DNA of 64,000 nucleotides from an uncultured bacterium (GTDB lineage Bacteria; Margulisbacteria; Marinamargulisbacteria; SXXA01): NCBI GenBank assembly GCA_903864835.1, contig CAIPHK010000032.1, positions 3,230 to 67,229 of the forward strand, read 5' to 3'. Shown piece by piece: positions 60,110 to 64,000 of this stretch (position 1 is its first letter; each line of letters starts with the position of its first letter). The notes under the pieces were generated by a model. It saw only the letters and a program-made list of their open reading frames with translations, ran no database searches and was not told where the DNA came from. The position numbers and the translations under genes were made by a program.

Positions 60110-61396
60110 ATGATTTCCCTTACCATATTGAGTATAGCGGGTATTGTGGTCATGCTAATGCATTTGCCGCAATGGACCTCGATAGCACGATGGACAGCGG
60201 TAATTGCCACGATCATTTCCCTGTTTTCAATTCGATTTGATTCGATTTTTACCTTGCCCACTATTGAAATTACCCGATCTGGTAACCTTTGGGCCGGACT
60301 AATTTTGGGGCTATTAGCCCTTATCCTTTTATTGATCCCAAATCGTAACGCCACCCATCCACTTAAAAATGATCATATTGCATTACTATTATTTGCGACG
60401 GTTGGAGCGGTATTGTTAACGCGATTTGACCATGTGGTTACCCTCATTTTAGGGTTAGAAATGGTGTCAATACCGCTCTATGTCCTTGCAGCTCAAACCC
60501 ATTCTCCTCGGTCGCATGAAGCTTCATTAAAGTATTTTATATTGGGTGCGTTTTCGAGCGCGATTTTAACCTTTGGAATCGCATTGTGGTATCGAAGTAC
60601 AGGGGTTCTCACCATTCCTGGGCCCATCGCTACAGATCTCATAGGACGATCTGGAATCGTCTTGATGTTAGCCGCAATGTGTTTCAAAGTGGGACTGGTT
60701 CCGTTTCACTATTGGGTTCCCGACGTCTATGAAGGGACCCCGACGTCATTTACTGCCTACATGGCCTCTATCGCAAAAGTGGCTGCTTTTGCCGCATTGT
60801 TTAAAGTAGCTACCCTACTTCCCACCTCCGATTGGACATCACTTGCAATGGGATTTGGCGGCGCAAGTATTTTGCTGGGTAGTTTAGCGGCCATTCGACA
60901 AACGTCGGTAAAACGGATGTTGGCCTATTCCAGTATTGCCCAAGCTGGGTTTTGGATCCTGTTACTTACAGGGGGACAGTTTTCTGTCTATTTTGGGTTT
61001 GCCTACGCAACCGCGTCGATTCTTTTGCTATGGATTGTGGATCTAGTGGAATCCAGTACCCGGTCCCATACGCTCACCGGGTTAATGCAAAAAAATCAGG
61101 TTCTTGGGGCCATAGCGATCATGGCGCTGGTGTCTCTGACCGGAATTCCGCCGTTCTCAGGGTTCTATGCAAAATATAGTAGCCTGTTTGTGATGATGGA
61201 TCGCGGGTATTTCTGGGCGGTGGGAATCGGGCTATTGGGCAGTGCGATGGGCGCATACTATTACCTCAAAAATATCGCGCATATTGTGGCACCACCGGAG
61301 ACGGACTATAAGATTGATGTGCCCGTTACCAGTGTTATTGCATCAGTTCTTGCGGTAGGCGTGATGATACTTTTTGGATTGGCCCCACTATTCTGA
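60110..61396 (+). CDS. nuoN: NADH-quinone oxidoreductase subunit N.
   Basis: 'FHYWVPDVYEGTPTSFTAYMA' antiporter-like motif. Confidence 0.85.
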   Translation: MISLTILSIAGIVVMLMHLPQWTSIARWTAVIATIISLFSIRFDSIFTLPTIEITRSGNLWAGLILGLLALILLLIPNRNATHPLKNDHIALLLFATVGAVLLTRFDHVVTLILGLEMVSIPLYVLAAQTHSPRSHEASLKYFILGAFSSAILTFGIALWYRSTGVLTIPGPIATDLIGRSGIVLMLAAMCFKVGLVPFHYWVPDVYEGTPTSFTAYMASIAKVAAFAALFKVATLLPTSDWTSLAMGFGGASILLGSLAAIRQTSVKRMLAYSSIAQAGFWILLLTGGQFSVYFGFAYATASILLLWIVDLVESSTRSHTLTGLMQKNQVLGAIAIMALVSLTGIPPFSGFYAKYSSLFVMMDRGYFWAVGIGLLGSAMGAYYYLKNIAHIVAPPETDYKIDVPVTSVIASVLAVGVMILFGLAPLF

Positions 61397-61404
61397 CCTG
61401 CACC

Positions 61405-62109
61405 ATGCATCGTGAAGTCGCTATCCCTGATGCCCGTAAGGTATGGTTTCGATATCAAAATGTCGAAATTCCGGGGACGGTAGATATTGACGAAACCCCA
61501 AGGCACCATTCGGATATCCGAGACATTTCATCCACCAGTGTCCTTCATCACTGGGACAGGTATTGCCAGTCAGACACAATTCCTCAAGAATTTATCTGTG
61601 CGATCGATCATACACTTTTAGTTGCCCCCTGCTTGGATACTCAGGGGTTTACAACCAATTTTCCGGCTCAAATAGCTGTGTTTCAGAAACAAGTAACCCA
61701 CCGTGGGTCAAACGATGAAGTTGCGATTATTTCGCCTTTTTCGCGCGAAGTTGTCGAAATAATCCGTGGGTGTGCACCCCAATTTCAGGTTTTACGAAAT
61801 TGGCATTTACAGGATCAACTCGTTGACTGGGTCAATCATCGAATCACAGCGCATTTAAAGCGTAACAATATCGAAAAAGTCAGAGCGCTTCATCAAGCTA
61901 TTATGAATGAATGGGGATTAAAAGAATCGACAAATGAATCGACTTTCCCAGTCGCCACTCATGCCCATCGATACTATTCTAAAGACCACTATATCTCGCT
62001 TTACAACTCCATGTTCAAACCCGCCGACGACACCCAAATAAGTCGCCAGCTCATTCTGTTCAGGAATGATATCGGCCAGTGGGCGGGAGACTATCTCATC
62101 CAGAATTAG
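61405..62109 (+). CDS. Hypothetical 234-aa protein directly downstream of nuoN (8-nt gap).
   Basis: ORF with no recognisable family. It is probably co-transcribed with nuo. Confidence 0.4.
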   Translation: MHREVAIPDARKVWFRYQNVEIPGTVDIDETPRHHSDIRDISSTSVLHHWDRYCQSDTIPQEFICAIDHTLLVAPCLDTQGFTTNFPAQIAVFQKQVTHRGSNDEVAIISPFSREVVEIIRGCAPQFQVLRNWHLQDQLVDWVNHRITAHLKRNNIEKVRALHQAIMNEWGLKESTNESTFPVATHAHRYYSKDHYISLYNSMFKPADDTQISRQLILFRNDIGQWAGDYLIQN

Positions 62110-62208
62110 GCCCATACAGGGCACGCCATCCTTCCTGGAAAACAGCTCCATACATCACCATCTTAATAAACTCTTTTTTTTCGACGCTATCCCCTTCATT
62201 GCGGGTGA

Positions 62209-62610
62209 CTAAACAGAGTGTCGAACTTGGACCTCGGGAAACGACACGCGATGAATATCCCACAAACTCATTACTCCCGCCAACTCAAGAATGGGTTTGA
62301 GACAATTAAGTTGGCCGGCTAAAGCGGAGGTGTCAGCCCCCGGCATTTTCGACACGGATTCCAAAAGCTTCATCGCGAATACGCCCTCCGCTTCTTTGAA
62401 GCCAACCAAATAAGTCCCTTGGACAATTGCCGCGTCTGCGACCATCTTTAGACCATTGAATTGATTGGGATCAATAAAAGGAAGCGAGTCCAATTTCCCC
62501 TTCCACATGTCTACAAATTCATTCACAGTCTTTGTTTCGTTGGTCGGAATATTGGACCCTACTGGTGCGTCGGTTCCTTGAATTTGATACATCTCGGCGC
62601 TTCGGTTCAA
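62209..62610 (-). CDS. Hypothetical small protein (133 aa or less).
   Basis: A minus-strand ORF 4 nt downstream of another minus ORF (62614-62958, TTG start). Its coding status is uncertain. Confidence 0.3.
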   Translation of the reverse strand: MNRSAEMYQIQGTDAPVGSNIPTNETKTVNEFVDMWKGKLDSLPFIDPNQFNGLKMVADAAIVQGTYLVGFKEAEGVFAMKLLESVSKMPGADTSALAGQLNCLKPILELAGVMSLWDIHRVSFPEVQVRHSV

Positions 62611-62979
62611 AAGTCACTGGGTAACGGACTTCAGCCGCGCAAATTGCGGCTCCGTGATGCCCGATAGCGTAACTGGTTTTGAAACAATCGACAGATCCGT
62701 AACGCCAGTATCCGCAGCAACAGGCTCCGTTGGCCCACTACAAATCAGCGACGGTACGAGGCGAATAGGGCCGTCGAATCGTAATGGAAAAGTGGAGACA
62801 GTCGGTCCCCCAGCGGGTGGTGGAAATATCGAATTTCGTGGGGTAGGAGAAGCCGAAATCTTCTTCTGGGGAAGGGGCAATATACTGCCGCCCGGGTTTC
62901 TGATATTCATGATTCTATATCCTCCAAATTGGGTCGACGACGCAATCGTTATACCCAAATTAGGGATGAATCAAACCCG

Positions 62980-62994
62980 CCCCCCCCCCCGGGG
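62980..62994. repeat. Homopolymeric tract C11 followed by G4.
   Basis: Read directly: 62980-62990 are all C and 62991-62994 are GGGG. The tract lies between the htpG 3' end and a TTG-start minus-strand ORF. Confidence 0.9.
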
Positions 62995-63000
62995 CCCAAA

Positions 63001-64000
63001 TTACTTGCCTTGCAACAACTGTCCTAACAACTGATTACTTCGGAAAATAAAGTCATTCATTTGTTCGCCCGTCAGTGGACGTTGTCCGATTAGCGCCAAA
63101 TCGTACACGTATCGGCATACTTGGTTTACTAACTCAGCTTTGGTCACGTCGTCAGTCATGGCCTTTAAGTTTTGTACGATGGGACTGGCGGCATTAACCA
63201 CCAATGTGTAATCCTCGAACATCGGCATGGACATGCCGCTCCGTTGATTCATAGCAGCACTCATCTCTTGCATCCGCTTCGAGAACTCCGGCTGGGTTAA
63301 TATCGCTGGGATAGACGCATCCCCAAGTGCCTGAACACTGACCTTGAGTTTGTCATTTCCCAATGCTGTGGCAAATAACGCTTGTAACGGAGACTCGTCG
63401 TTAGTTTCATCTGTACCTAAATGGTCAGCCAAGGCAGATTCAACACTGACAAATTTAACGTCGGCGTCTTTTGATTCCAAGAATTGAATAAAATGGGAAT
63501 CAATCATGGATTGAAGAACGATGACATCAAAGCCTTGGTCCTTGCAGAGCTGAATATACCGCCCTTGGGCATCTTTGTTGCTGGTATAGACGACTTTTTT
63601 ATCCAATTTTGGATTGGCTTCCAAATATTCGGATACGGTGAAGTCTTTGCCTTCCGTGTTTTTGAACAACACGACGTCTCGGGCTTTGTCGTAAAAGTCA
63701 CCATGATTAAGCATCCCGAACTTAACGAATGGGCTAATATCATCCCAATATCCCGCAAACTTCGACCGATCCGTTCGGAACTCTTCGATTAACTTATCAG
63801 CCACTTTTTTTACAACATGCTTCGAAATTTTTTGAACATACGGGTCGTTTTGCAAAAAGCTTCGAGATACATTTAATGGCAAATCCGGACAGTCGATCGC
63901 CCCTTGTAATATCGTCAAGAAATCCGGCAATACCTCTTGGGACGAATCAGAAACAAATACCTGGCGGCAATATAATTTGACTTGCCCTTTTTTAGCATCC
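63001..64000 (-). CDS. htpG: Chaperone HtpG (Hsp90), C-terminal portion. The gene continues beyond the window end.
   Basis: 'LPLNVSRSFLQNDP' Hsp90 middle-domain signature. The reading frame is open to position 64000. Confidence 0.8.
   Translation of the reverse strand, partial: DAKKGQVKLYCRQVFVSDSSQEVLPDFLTILQGAIDCPDLPLNVSRSFLQNDPYVQKISKHVVKKVADKLIEEFRTDRSKFAGYWDDISPFVKFGMLNHGDFYDKARDVVLFKNTEGKDFTVSEYLEANPKLDKKVVYTSNKDAQGRYIQLCKDQGFDVIVLQSMIDSHFIQFLESKDADVKFVSVESALADHLGTDETNDESPLQALFATALGNDKLKVSVQALGDASIPAILTQPEFSKRMQEMSAAMNQRSGMSMPMFEDYTLVVNAASPIVQNLKAMTDDVTKAELVNQVCRYVYDLALIGQRPLTGEQMNDFIFRSNQLLGQLLQGK

Noticed and set aside
62654-63034. A plus-strand 126-aa ORF running through the poly-C tract and into the htpG 3' end.
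   Set aside because: It is Gly/Pro-rich and low-complexity. It overlaps both a minus-strand ORF and htpG, and it translates the homopolymer tract. It is unlikely to be a real gene.
1-64000. CRISPR arrays, rRNA genes and transposase, integrase or inverted-repeat mobile elements.
   Set aside because: No regularly spaced direct repeats, rRNA-like segments or transposase or integrase ORFs were found on reading either strand.

Overview
This reads as a chromosomal segment from a Gram-negative (diderm) respiratory bacterium, with GC content roughly in the mid-40s by eye. Most of it is syntenic housekeeping. There is a complete 14-gene nuoA-N complex I operon at 49.1-61.4 kb, preceded by tRNA-Leu(CAG), with an unusually short NuoG. 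A long minus-strand cluster runs ubiE/menG-menF-menD-SNase-psd-queG-hemN-cytochrome c-hemE-uvrD. The remaining core genes are pckA, thiGH, dsbD, prs, a GldA/F/G-like ABC transporter with a DUF4340-like partner, Lpt-like envelope proteins, xseAB-ispA-dxs-dus-ispH, rpsB-tsf, dgt, dnaB, map and a partial htpG. No CRISPR array, rRNA, transposase or integrase was seen. Three regions look non-core or unexplained. First, a translationally coupled pair of large uncharacterised genes at the 5' end (0.1-4.95 kb). Second, a small island between thiH and dsbD (21.1-25.9 kb) that holds a two-kinase-domain Hanks-type Ser/Thr kinase with a Ser/Pro-rich N-terminus, a Schlafen/AlbA_2-like ATPase-type protein and a duplicated-HTH protein. 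Third, a poorly coding stretch between the nuo operon and htpG containing a C11G4 homopolymer tract. A stand-alone HisI-like gene with substituted acidic-motif residues is also unusual. All calls come from reading the supplied ORF translations and the DNA. No database search was run.
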